Below are positions 13,401 through 25,588 of a stretch of DNA of 64,000 bases, in pieces. Made by a program: the position numbers and the translations under genes. The stretch is from the NCBI GenBank assembly GCA_051294375.1, contig CM119267.1:20647476-20711475 (forward strand), written 5' to 3'. The notes beneath the pieces were generated by a model. It was not told the origin of the DNA and made no database searches. It worked only from the letters and a program-made list of their open reading frames with translations. The number at the start of each line of letters is the position of its first letter. Position 1 is the stretch's first letter. The DNA is from Paraspadella gotoi (Eukaryota > Animalia > Chaetognatha).

Positions 13401-16400
13401 TTGCACTTCTTGATCGACCAAGAGCGAGGGCGTTGAAAACGAGGCACCGACGGGTGCAAACGCCGGTTCCACGGAAATTGGTTGAGTCGTTGAGGCGCCC
13501 ATGGTAGTGGAGGCAAGGGAGCGAGTAAACTGGCGTTTACGCTTAGTTTGAGGAGCCTTCCCCCGGCGGCATTGAGAGCAGGGAACAAAATATACGCCAC
13601 CGGCAGAAGCGTCCACGATAATCTCGCTCGTGTCTTCGGATACTTGTGCGACGCACTCGGGATCCAGGATAATGGAGCACGAAAGACACGGGAGTTTCGA
13701 GCTGGGGATGGTTTTTGGAGCTAAGAGCGTCGTTTGATCCTGAGATATAAAAAAAAAAGAAGATTTTTAAGAAAATGAAACAGAAAATGTGAATAAAATG
13801 CCTCAGCTAAAGAGAAACAATAATTTAATAAGTTAGCACTACCTAGTACATAATATACAATAGGGCGGAACAAAGTAAAAACTTAGAGTTCTGTAATATA
13901 AATAACGTTAGAGCATCCCTGTGGGATAACGAAATTTAAAAAAACATTAAGATTTTATATTAAGAGAAAATCAAAGTTTTTTGAATTGTGCAACGAATTT
14001 TTATTTATTCAAATACGGACATGTTTCGGCTTGTATTTATTTTTTTGTTAATTGTTAAATTTCACTAACATTTAGTTTTTCAAATTATTATTTTCTCTGT
14101 TATACATTGTACAATGTATATTTATTATTTATTTATCCCTGTTGTTTCTCTCAGTCTCTCTCTCTCTAACAAGTTAATAAGGATAATACTATATATAAAT
14201 ATAGCTTACTGCGAAAATTAAAAAAAACAAAATTTTTTTTTTTTGCAAATTAATATTCACTGATGGTATATTGTTCATAATTGACTTTTAGAATTTCCGT
14301 AAGTAACTTTCACGACGCTCTAATGATGATGATGATTTTAAAGAGTTTTTCCATTATTTGACCCACTCATCATCGAAACATTGAAAAACGCATTATACTT
14401 TGTGCAAACAGCTTTTTATGGGCTATCTGAATCCGTTCTTAAAAAATAAAATTTTTATAAAAAAAATTTTTCATTGCCTTTGCATTGATAAATGCTTCAA
14501 TGTTATACTATGCTTCACTAGTTAAACAAGTGATAATAAATATTGATTAAGTATACGATGGACAAATGAATTTTATATTACAGAACTGTTAATGATAAAA
14601 AGTGATAAATTTTGGCCCGCCTTACTATACAATGTATAATATACATCCATTTACGCAGATTTATCACGTTCATTTACTGTCTTTATACGTATTAAAATTT
14701 TGGCGAACGCTAACAACCTGCGGGCAAACGAAAAAAGACGAAATACCCAGCGCTTCTTTCTTGGTCTTTTTTAGTCTATTTCCGTCATTCAGAGCTCGAG
14801 CGGCTATGGCGTCCCAATCTATCTCTACAACAAAAAACAAAAATTAATGAATGTAAAAAGACGTCAAGGTAAAATAATTGATGCGCACCTGAATCCAAAG
14901 TCATATGGACGTTCCGACCTCCAATAGGGTCGTCGCCAACACTTTCATCGATGTTGAAATCATTATCAGAGGCTTCCTCGTCGGAAGACAACAACACTTC
15001 TTCAGAAACTTTCCTTTCCGGTTCATCTTTTGGATCGCGAATTTTTTCAACTTCGACTAATTCAGTTTCATTTGAATCCGTCATGTTATGCTCCATGTTA
15101 GTAAGATCTTGATTACAAGGCGTCCCGGAATCTTCTAGAAAGGGGAGTAAATTGTAATGAACACGATTGACCGTAAACGGTTATTTCGTAATAGAGAAAG
15201 ACATGGGTACGTTAAATTGTTGGGAGATGGCATGAAAACATAAGGAAAAAAGAAAAGAAAAAGAAACAACTTAACCTTCAACGATAGAAGTGCGCAACGT
15301 TTCGGACGGATGATCTCCTTCGAGAAAGAGTCGACGGGAAAAAGAAAAGTTGGCTTCCGTTAAACGATTTTCTTTACTTTCGTCGAGATAAGCCATTATT
15401 TTGGACTTGGAGTTTAAACGCTTGCCTGTTTAATATTGAAAAAAAAAAAAAATTACGACATATTTTTACATTGCAATCCTATATTTGCAATATGTGGGAA
15501 TTTGGGAGAAATATTGGCCTCACCCTGGGGGCTACGATAAAAGACATCCGTCCTGACTCGGCCGGTAGATTGGTAGATGCGACGAAACACCTCTCTCTTC
15601 CAGCCATGGTCCAGGATGGCGATCTTGACGGCCTCGTCATCTTCCATGGATTTCCGTTTCCGGTTAGGAATACTGGATAGAGTATCCTTTGTCGGCGAGG
15701 GCGTGACTTCCCCCTTGTCTGAGATTTCTTCCCAATTGGTCTCCACGCCGCTCATGGAGTTTTCCTCTTCGCCCTCCACGAGGTCGTTGTCTTCATTCGG
15801 TATCTCCGGTTCGTTGGTTTGAGGTGAGAGTTCGCCATCTTGAGAAAGCGACCCGTCTTTAGGAGGAGGGGAGTCGATCGGCGGGAAGTCGGATTTAGGC
15901 GAGTAAGAAGGACTTTCGGAGTTAACTTCCGGCTTAGAATCGACGACGGGGCTTGAAGGATTGACCGATGTTTCCGCGGCCTCAATTTCGCTTTCTTTCT
16001 GACTGGACGCATTGACGACCGTCTCTGTCCGAGGACAATTGGAAGGTTCGTCATTTCGATCGTCCGAAGAAGACACGTTGACATCATTTACGTCCCTTAC
16101 GTCCACGTCGATTTTATAGTTTTTCTCGCGCGGGGTAATTTCACATGGGTCAGTTTCAAATTGCGTCTTTTCGTAGCGTTCAGTCGGTGACGAGTCTTCC
16201 TCATTGTCGACATCTTGTCTTTGTCGCTTTCTACCGTTAATACGATCGTCGTCGCCGATCACAGCTTCGGAATTTTCACATTCGCTTCTCGGGGTATTTG
16301 CCGACGTCAGCGCCGCCGTCGAGAAACTGCCGATGGAAGTGAGCGAGTTAGTGGAACGTGTCGAGTCCGATTCGCCGATTTCGTCGAGTATGCGGCGCAG

Positions 16401-16610
16401 ACGCTGCTTGGACATGAGAAGCTTGGGTCCCTTGTCGGTGACGACGAAGGCGTCGTTGGGAAGCTCGCATTTTCGCCCGTTGAGAAGTACGAGCACGAAT
16501 TCTCCACGTCGTTCCAGAAACTTTAATTTCAGGGGAGAGCGGATCGGACCCAAGGGTGAAGAGTTGGGAGTTGCATGGTCGAGAGAAAGTCCGCTATTCC
16601 TCGAAGCCAT
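10485..16610 (-). CDS. Large (~1,600 aa), mostly disordered MBD-domain chromatin protein, 5 exons
   Basis: Phase-consistent exons 16610-15524, ~15425-15277, ~15134-14889, ~14824-14718 and 13739-10485. The MBD is split by intron 1: LDHGWKREVFRR...RTDVFYRSPQG|KRLNSKSKIMAYL...NFSF. Cys cluster CPQD...CLSC...CSQC. Confidence 0.8.
11880..12260 (-). repeat. Coding 15-bp tandem repeat giving 5-aa D-x-x-P-R/H units in the MBD protein
   Basis: TCATCACGAGGCGCG-like units translating to DDGPRDDTPREDAPHDDAPHDDKPRDETPR... Confidence 0.85.
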
Positions 16611-16718
16611 GGCAAGATTGTGGACGCTCAGGAAAGTGAAAAACTAGCAAACAAAACTAATGTTGAAATTTTAAATAAAAAGGTCAGAAAAAAATTCGGG
16701 GAGTTTTAAACATGAAAC

Positions 16719-16832
16719 ATTGATAAAGGCTTAATGTTTTGCCAATACAACGATTTTTATTGTTAAGAGTAAATGTTTCGACTCTTAACAATAAAAATCG
16801 TTGTATTGGCAAAACATTAAACCTTTATCAAT
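16719..16832. repeat. Near-perfect inverted repeat (52-bp stem, 1 mismatch, 10-nt loop) between SMYD4 and the MBD gene
   Basis: ATTGATAAAGGCTTAATGTTTTGCCAATACAACGATTTTTATTGTTAAGAGT, then loop AAATGTTTCG, then its reverse complement. Confidence 0.92.
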
Positions 16833-16939
16833 ATTCACTTACCAACAAAAAAAAAAAAACAAAACAAAACAAAAAAAAACTGCAAATATTTGAACGTTTT
16901 AGAAAAAAAAACAAAAAAAAACACATTAACAAGAGAGAT

Positions 16940-19519
16940 CTATTTCGGCTTGCAAATCTGTTGCAGTTTTTCTTCCATCTCTGCCAAGTCCATTACGTCT
17001 CGGTGCGACGCGCTATATCGCTCCTCCAAGATGGCGCGACTTCTGCTAGTGTGCTCCAACGCGGCCTTGACGTCGTCGAGGTTTAGCGCAAGCTCGCCCA
17101 TTTTGCGCAATTCGTAAGCGAATTCGACGCTGGACGAACCGTAAGCGGATTTGATGATCGCCGAGCTTTTTTCCAACAGCTGAAATAATAAGAAACAATA
17201 GTTTAGAAAGCAAAAATCTATAATGAATTAAATAAAAAAAATTTCGAACCCGCAAAGCTCCGCCAAAGTCGTTCTTATTCGCGAGCACGAAGGCGTACAT
17301 GTCAAGGATCTCGGCAAGATCGAGATTTCGTTCGAAGAGAACGCCTTCCGCTTTCGACAACAACGTCGACAATTTTCGTTCCAACGCATTATCCGAGGAT
17401 GGTTCGGCTGTTAGCAAAATAACAATAGTCAAAATTTATTAAATATAAATTTGTTACAGGGAAATATAAATTTAAATTCGCTCACCCATCGCAGCCTTCA
17501 ATTCCACCTTCAACTTGAGCGTCTCTTCCAAACGCCGCAGCAGCTCCTCAGTCTCTCTTTCCTCCAACGTCCGTCGACAGCCAAAGCAGGAAAACCCGTC
17601 GCTCACTTTCGTCACGGATCCTCCGCAACTCGAACACCTCAAAGCTTTCGTTTCGCTTCTCGACGAACCGTCGCCCACGTCACCTGCTTCGCACCGTTCG
17701 CACCGACACAAAAACCGGTACTGCTGCTTCAACGCCGAGCGTCTTTCAGCAACGCTCATTCTCAGATGATGTGGACCGTAGCAGTTAAAAATTTCACGTC
17801 CCAGTTCCACGTTGCGCGTCGCCTTGGCGAACACCCTCGCACCCACGTACGAGACGATGATATTTGGATCGCACGAGTGGTTGAGGATGGAAAGACATGG
17901 GAAGATGGCGGTGGCAATCTTGACCTGGGACTCGAGCATCGTTGACTTCGCGTTGTCGACGTCTTCAGTTCGAACGAACGTGATGGCGGAAGCGTTGCAG
18001 ATGAGTTGCTCGATGTGACGAAGGAGAAGCTCGCCCACGGTCATAAGAACCTCAAAACCGGTCGCGGACTCCTTTTTCTTTTTCCAATCTTCCGTCAACA
18101 GCGTCTCTACAGTCGCCCTCAGACCGTCTTCGCTGAAACTTAAAACTCGTAAAAGCAGCAGAGATGTGAGGGCGTACTGAAAGAGATCCTCTGGAGCCGT
18201 ATCGACTTCGTGGGTTAGCAATCCGTAGACGGCTTCGTAAGGATGTTCATCCGGGGATCCGGTTGACTTTTCCCTTTCAAAACCTTTATCCTCTTCGCCT
18301 TTAAATTTCTCGGAGAGTCTCGTCGCCTCTTCGATACCCAAACGACTCATGATCTTGAGACTAAGATGAGCGATGCCAGTATTGGCCAACAGGCGGAGGT
18401 GACGACATTCGTGGTGGTGAGCGGGAAAGCCCGCCACGCGACACTCAACGTTGCAATATCCTGCGGAGAAAAATAAACTGATTTACTTTCATACTATTCT
18501 GTCCGAGACTTATTTATAACTATTACAAATTATTCTCAACTTAATATTAACAATCTTTTTATAGCTTTTTATCACCTGCTTCACAACAGAATTCACAAGG
18601 CACGAGATTCGATTTCATCGCCAAACAATGATGACAGTGAAGAAGGTTAAATTCGGGGATGAGGATGTGAGCAAAGGCAGTTTCTTCAATCACAATGTCG
18701 CCGGATTTGACGAAGCGATCGGCGACCAAATGACGACCGGATTCAGGAGAATATTGGACTGAGACGGATTCCGAAAAGCGAGTCTCGCTCTCCGTGCTAG
18801 AATCTTCTTCGCGTCTCTTCGAAGGAGACCGTTCGTCCCTTTTTTCCCTCAATTCATTGGCTTCGTTCGTCCACTTTTCGATCTCATTGCCAGAGTCGCT
18901 CGCCGATCTCAGACGAGACAGGACGTCCTTGATGACCTCCAAAGCGGATGAATATCGTCCCAATCCTTTTAAACATCGACATTTGCGGGCGAGAATCTTG
19001 AGAGTAAGCCTTTGAGGGTACGACGACGAGAGGGCCGATTCGATGTCTTCTAGACAACTCTCGGGATCGTCGAGCTCCAAGAAACAGGCAGACCTGATTG
19101 AAGTCAAATCAAAAAATTAAAAAACTACCCGACGATGATAGTTTTTAAAATCAAAGCCATCACCTATTTGCAACAGCCAGTGCGTAGTTCTCTTTCGTTT
19201 CGGCGGTAAAGGCGGCCATGGTGTAGGCCATCATGGCACCGTCGAGACTCTTGTTCTTAAAATGTTCGTTCCCAGTGGATCGATAACGGATCGAAGATTC
19301 GTCCCTCTTTGATTCGATTGGCACTCGGCGCCAGATTCGAGTCTCTAGGATGCTCAAGAATCCTTCGTTGACGACAAATTCGATCCTTTGTCTGTTCGAA
19401 TCGAGTCGAGAAAAGTCCTCGAACTTTCGAGGCTCGTTGCGGCGGAGCGACGCCATCAGCTCCTCGGCGAGTTTCTGCCATTCGAAGTCTTCCTCGACCG
19501 AGTCCATCGTGGGCTTCAT
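16940..19519 (-). CDS. SMYD4: SET and MYND domain protein 4-like lysine methyltransferase, 5 exons
   Basis: N-terminal TPR (GNEHF...ALAVANRSACF), GRHLVA, MYND finger (CHHC...CEFC...C...C...H...C), SET core LNHSCDPN...EIFNCYG, post-SET FLCRCERC, an extra CxxC...CxxC and a C-terminal TPR-like region. Confidence 0.9.
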
Positions 19520-19769
19520 GTCTAAAAAAATAACAGAGCACAGAATTAAATTGATTGAAACAAATTAATGCTATTTAAGAAGAATGATAAAATAAAGTAA
19601 AAGGTATCGGGTAAAATAAACTGACTCCGTAAGTAAAACGCGGAAATGTTGGAGACGAAAAACAGGAGCGCAAAATCCAAAACGTTACAATAAATAAAAT
19701 TAAAGCTACGGCTAATAATCAGAAAACAAAATTATAAAGTTGCGTTTATTAACTGGAATTAGCAGCGTT

Positions 19770-20919
19770 TGATCGTCGATCCTGCAGGGTCACCATGCAT
19801 CAGTTCTCTCTCTGCCAAACATCCTTTACGAGGGATGTTTGGCAAAGACTTTGGCAAAGACCATCTTTCTATCAAGCTTATTCTTTTTCCCCTCGACACT
19901 TTCGTAAACTGATTTTTGCAATGACACAATGTTAATCCCCTTTACTGATGAGTCTTCGGCGATTATGTCAGAGGACCTTTCGAAGATTTTCCGGACTAAC
20001 AAGGTCCTTTAATTTATCTTCCTCTGCAGGATCGTCGTAGTAGAGTGTCCCCGCGGGAAATTATTTGGTAAATTTCCTCATGGCCGCTCCACAGGAGTCG
20101 CCCAATTTAAATTTATAGATCAGAGGCCGGGAGAGTAAATATTTACACGGGGAATTCGCCGGGTGACGAAGTATGTCCAGCGACGCCAGCGTATTCAATA
20201 AATTCCGTACGGCGTTAAACCGAGGCGGTGTTTGTTTGACGAAGTGATTAAAGACTCTCCTTCTTACGCAAGGCAAAGAAGTTTCGATTGGAGAGTGGAG
20301 AAAGAATAGAGCGGCCGTCGTGGCGGCGGGCATAACCCCATGAGTCTTACAAGCAGCGGTAAAATGTTCACCGGTCAAATCGGAAAAGAGGTCGTCAAGA
20401 ATTGTCTTGAAGACGTCCTCGGTCTGCTTCCACATCGAGTCGGCAGTAGGCGAAAATTTCTCGATAGGTTTGTATTTTTTTACAATTTGGTTTTTTTAGG
20501 GACCTTCGTCAAGTGGGGCGCTTTTTGCTTGACGGGGGTAGTTTCTCCTGCCTTTCTTCATCGAACCTGTCCTTTTGTTTCGGTGCTTTCGACTGGCAAG
20601 TTAGGCGATATCCCGCAGACGAAGTCATCGTCGGTGACGACTGGCTTCATCTCAATCTTAAACGCGCTTTTGTTAGGATTCTCTCAGTCTCCACCTTGAC
20701 GGGCGGAGGTTTTAAAGCGTTTCCAACGATTCTGATCGTCAATGAGTCTTCTAATCTCTCGACGATCCACGAAAATCGCAACTTGTCGGCGATAGATTCT
20801 ACGAACCCTTCCACGGCCACTTTCAAAACCTCTAAGTCGGTCTGCATTTGCTCCGCATCAGAGTCAAGGTAGCCCGTCGAATGCATTGTGGCCATCGAGC
20901 GGCAAGCAACGGAAGACAT
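19770..20919 (-). pseudogene. Disrupted orphan coding sequence between BRAP and SMYD4
   Basis: About 1.1 kb of exon-like, CpG-rich sequence with an acceptor-like AG at 20932, ATG at 20919 and AATAAA at 19745-19750. It is broken by stops and frame changes (ORFs 20919-20647 and 20435-20061; coding-like text continues past TAA 20061). A model with tiny atypical introns is not excluded. Confidence 0.5.
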
Positions 20920-21170
20920 GATTGTAATTAACTAGCCAAAAAAGTTAATTTCGAATGTTCAAATTTATAAATTCAAACTGGGAATAAATAATATCGAAAT
21001 ATTGTAACAAAATGTAAAGACATTGACGATATGAAACCCGGAGATACGTATCGTCGTTAAAAAGATTTCCAAAATTATCACATCAGTAACGAAAATTGTT
21101 TTGGCCTATCCGCCAGGGATATTAGGAACGTAGTGTTTTGATCTTTCTCGAGGTCTGAAGAGGGAAGTTT

Positions 21171-24100
21171 TCATCGCTTTTTCTTCCTTTGCCTTCCCTT
21201 CTTGTCTCCGCCTTCGGCTCCGATGGTGATTTGACTTCCCTCCAGTTCCTCCTGCGTCACCGTCTCGTTCAGTTCTGCCTCTTCGATCTTTTTTTGAGCC
21301 TCCAAGTAGAACATCACGTCCCTGGAAATAATTATTAAAAAAACGGTCATTGGCTGATTACAATTAAAAAAACAAAACAAAAAACCTAAACCAATTTCTA
21401 ACAAACCTCAACTGCTCTCGCAAATCTTCCGTCTCCTTAGCTTTTTCTTCCTCGATTTTTGTAATTTTTTCTTGCAATTCTTCCACCTGCTTTTGCCACA
21501 AAGCCTGATTATCTCGCAAATTCTTGTTCAGCGCTCGTTCCTCCTACATAAGAACATTAAATATAAATATTATCAATAAAAAACATCGTTTCATTTCATT
21601 CAGCGACCTGAAGTTCTCTGAGCACGTTCGTCAACTTCGCGGAGACTTTGTTGGCCCTCGTCTCGGAACTAGTCTTTTCTTTGGTGACTGTCACTAGTTG
21701 ATCCTCCATTTCGGAATACTTGGAGCAAATACTGCGAGTCTTGTTCTCCATCTCTTCCACCTGATTTAATGGAGATTGTTAAAAAGCAAGCAGGCTTCTT
21801 TTTTTTTTCTCACACACATAAGGTCTTTTTTTCTCACTCTACCTGACTTCTGGCCTCCGATTCAACAAGATTCATTTTTTCCTCGAAGAAAAGTCGTTGA
21901 GATTCAAGTTGCGACGTCAAAAGGTAAGTGTATTCCAAGGTGATTGAATCTAGTTTCTCGCCTAGAATGAAATGAAAACTAACTTTAAACAACTTCGCTT
22001 TTTTGACGGAAGAGCGGAGCCGGAGGCGGGAGTTAAAAATCCTCACCGTCTTGAACCAGATTGCCACTTTCGTCAACTTCGATCAATTTTCCGTCGGATT
22101 TGTTTTGCACCAATCTGTGAACGTAGTTGTCTCCTGCGTAATCCCAGACTCGGTTATTTCCCAACTGCATGGAGTAGCAGTGCTGGGTGAGGGTAAAGTG
22201 ATTGAATGCGTGTCCAGCGACGTAACGACCGCAGCCAACGTGACCGCAAATAAGACATATCCACAAGGATTCCTGGAAAACATTTTTTTTTAAAGGAAGG
22301 GTAGTGAATTTTCTCTAACTTTCGAGACTCGTTAGAAACTCGTGTGTTTCCTCTGACCTGCGAACCGCATTCGAAGCATTTATTGTCCTGCGAAGTCTCC
22401 GGCGCCTGGCAATACCTTGAGATCATATACATAAAACATTTAATTATAAAAAACGAAAGCGTTCGCCACAACATAAAAAAAAAAAAATAATAACCTGCAC
22501 ACGGGACAAGTGGTATCGCCCCATTTGACCAGACATTCGCTGTGGAACGAATGATTGCATAAAATGGTGAGAATTCCGTTCACGGACTCGTCCATTCTCT
22601 CAAGGCAAACCTGAAATGAGGATTTTTTGGTCAAAACTCATTTGATTAAATTAGTCTTCACGATCGCAAGAAACGCCGGTTTACTGGGCATGTGGGAAGT
22701 TCGGTGCACCCGGGAATCGGAAGACAAGCGCCTTCTGAGTCTTTCACCGCCTCCACCTGACGAAAAATTAAATTTTAAAATGAGATCACGTGACGAAGGC
22801 AGAGTAAAATCAAAAACATGCCTTGGCGACGTAGGCCAACTGACAAAGGTGATCTTCGATCGAATTGAATGGGACGGAGTTGTAGTTCGTGTAAAACTCG
22901 TCGGCCAACGTTTGTGACTTGAATTTGAGGAGAGCCATATACTGATTGGGGGTTGAATCCCTAAAAAAATGGGACGGAATTTCAAGGTTAAATATTACTT
23001 TGTGATAGTAAACAATTACAAATCAAAATTCAGTCGTAATCGTTCTTATTTTATTTAAAAAAGACTAATGAAGAACCGAATAATTTTGATATGCTCCAAG
23101 CCGTCGGTGATATGGGACATGAAGCTGAGGAGGTCGTGAATGGTCAACATCGCCGGAACGGAGAGCATGCAAACCATCTCTGATCTTTCGTCGGTAGGCA
23201 GCTTAGTTTTATACAAGTGGAGAATCCCTACAAGAGAAACAAATGTGTTGAAGACCTGATCCTTCGATGAAACCAGCGCCAATTTCAAACCTTGAGTCAC
23301 TTCCACCATAGGATTCCCGCAATAATAGTGAATAAGTGAGTGCGGCGGGGGCGTAGGCGCCCGCGGAACGTGAGGCGGCGGCGGGGGTGGCGACTGAGAC
23401 GAATGCTGCGACGCCGGGCTTTGACGCGAAACTGCGGAGTCGTCGACGGGAGACGGCGTCTTTTTCCAGGGTACGACGGAAGAGGGCGAGAGTCGATTTC
23501 TCCTCGGATCTCGCGACGATCGTGGCGGATTTAGATCCGGCGTCGAATCGGACGATTCGGTCATCGTTTCGTCGTCCTCGTCGCGCGAATCTTCGGTTCG
23601 TTCCTCCGTTTCCATAACGACGCGAATATCGCCGCCGGAATATGTCTCGATGCGAAATTCGTCGATTTTTCGCTGGCCGCGGAGAACGGCGAGGGGAGTG
23701 GAGGCGATGGCCTTGCCTGATTTGGTGGGAAAAATTGAAGAAAATCTTGGGCTTATGTCTTTTTAATAAAACAATCCCACCTTCGTAATCTTCTCCAGAG
23801 GGATGAGGAGGGGGTGATGAACTGTTTCTTGACGAAACCGCGTGTGAAGTTTTCGGAGACCTCTGAAACGGAAAGAGACGCCAATGTTGCGACGCCAAAC
23901 TTAATCAGATGCAGATTCCGCCAATATACCTCAGCTGAATCCCTGTCGACGTGAGATTTCACGACGGAATTATTTTCGGTCGAACGACTACGCGAGCTGA
24001 TGCGCGACGACACCATCGAATCGCCTCGTAAACTGAAAAGAACGAAAAGCAGTCAAGCGAATAAGAAGTGGGAAAACATCCGCTACCGCGCACCTGTCAT

Positions 24101-24224
24101 CGTCGCCCTGGTTCCCATCCAAGTCGCCGCCCCTCAGGTGATCGGAACAAAATTCAAATTCTTTCGGTTTGCGCGCGTTTAAGACCGTCTCAATGCGGAT
24201 GACCAAGAGCGTGAAGCCCGTCAT
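21171..24224 (-). CDS. BRAP: BRCA1-associated protein (BRAP2 domain, RING, ZnF-UBP, coiled coil)
   Basis: [13 protein letters not shown]..., [105 protein letters not shown] and [10 protein letters not shown]. Confidence 0.96.
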
Positions 24225-24333
24225 TGAGGTCGTCAAGAAGGCTGTGAAGGCGTCTTTAAGACGCTTGGTTTAGTGGACTTCACAAAATAAAATCTAAAAC
24301 AAAAACAAAAAAAGATTCCATTACAACATTCAG

Positions 24334-25399
24334 TCAATAATCGAAACAACAACTTTGCAATTTTGACGTTAAGCGCGGGTGCAGATGTATATTCATCTCA
24401 TCTTTAGTTAACCACTTGAACGATCGATCCTTCGCGACTTTCATTTCGAAAGTTCTTGGGTCTTTGAGAAAGGCTTTCAGTACGAAGAACTTGGCCCCTC
24501 GAAACTGGGAGGCAGATTCGGATTTGGCAGGGTAAATGTATTTGTAGAAACCAAAGGGGGCGTTGCCCATCATTTGAATTTTGTCGTTTACTTTCTCGGC
24601 GCTTCCGAATATCTTACACAGCGCCGACTCGGCGACTTCTCTCAACGTAGCGTCTCCCTCGATCGGATCGGCGGGCAGAATCCAGACGCGTTCGTCGAGC
24701 GAAGATGGCACGAAGAGATAAAGTTTCTCGTCAAGCTTTCGACGCAAGGATTGGACATCGTCTGTTAATGACGAGACAACAATTGATCGAAAAATGAAAT
24801 TTCAATCAAAGACTTAATATAAATAAAAATACTCTCTCAAACCAGATTCGGATTCCCGCGATGCCGGACAAAACCTTGTCAAAAGTTTCTCTCGTTGTTC
24901 CTCGTAATCTAATCCTGTCTGAAGCGAATCAGTCAAAACCTCCTCGCCCTTTCGCCTTTGTTCTTGAACGAAAATATCCTAAATTATAGAAAATTAGGAC
25001 GAGGGTTGATCGAAACTCATTCGTATTTATTAACAACCAGCATCAATTACAATGAATTATCTTTAAAATCTGAATCGGCCAACTACCCCGTCAACACCCA
25101 AATCATACCCGTTCCACCCTAATCTCGTGATCGCTCTTCAACGCCTTTTCATCTTCGTAGTCATCGAGCATGAGTTGAAAGTCTTCCTCCAAGTCGGTCC
25201 TCTTCTTGCCAACGATCGGAGGACGCTCTAACAGCACCGCGGCGAAGAGTTGCCAGGGGCGACCGGGCAGGGCAAGAGGCGCCGGTGTTGGGTCCAGCCG
25301 CGGGAGGGCGTTATTAGTCGTGGAGGTGGCGATGAGGCGGGACGAGAGCGGCGTTGCGGAATAGGAGGAAAGGAGAAAGGAGGCGAAACGACGAGACAT
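24334..25399 (-). CDS. MRPL46: Mitochondrial ribosomal protein mL46, 3 exons
   Basis: Arg/Ser-rich mitochondrial presequence, WQLFAAVLLERPP, KSDHEIR, SLRRKLD, WILP...TLREVAESAL, GNAPFGFYKY and GAKFF. Confidence 0.9.
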
Positions 25400-25588
25400 C
25401 TTGGCTGACTTTTTTTATACAAGTTTTAGCTCCTCTTTCAATGTCTACATAACTGGCTAATATTTTTTTAAAAAAATTATGAAAAAAAGGCCGATTCTTT
25501 TTCGGGGCGAATATGGACATTAGACAACGATGGCGAAAACAAAATGCAAGGAAATACAAGTGCAACAAAATCGAGAGTCGATTCAACG

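Noticed and set aside
10485-13616. The 1043-aa ORF as a stand-alone gene or transposon ORF
   Set aside because: It begins at GTG, stays open up to an acceptor at 13740, and joins the upstream MBD exons in phase. It has no transposase or RT motifs.
20370-20650. Selenoprotein read-through of successive in-frame TGA codons
   Set aside because: The protein-like segments lie in different frames, TAA stops also occur, and no SECIS was recognised.
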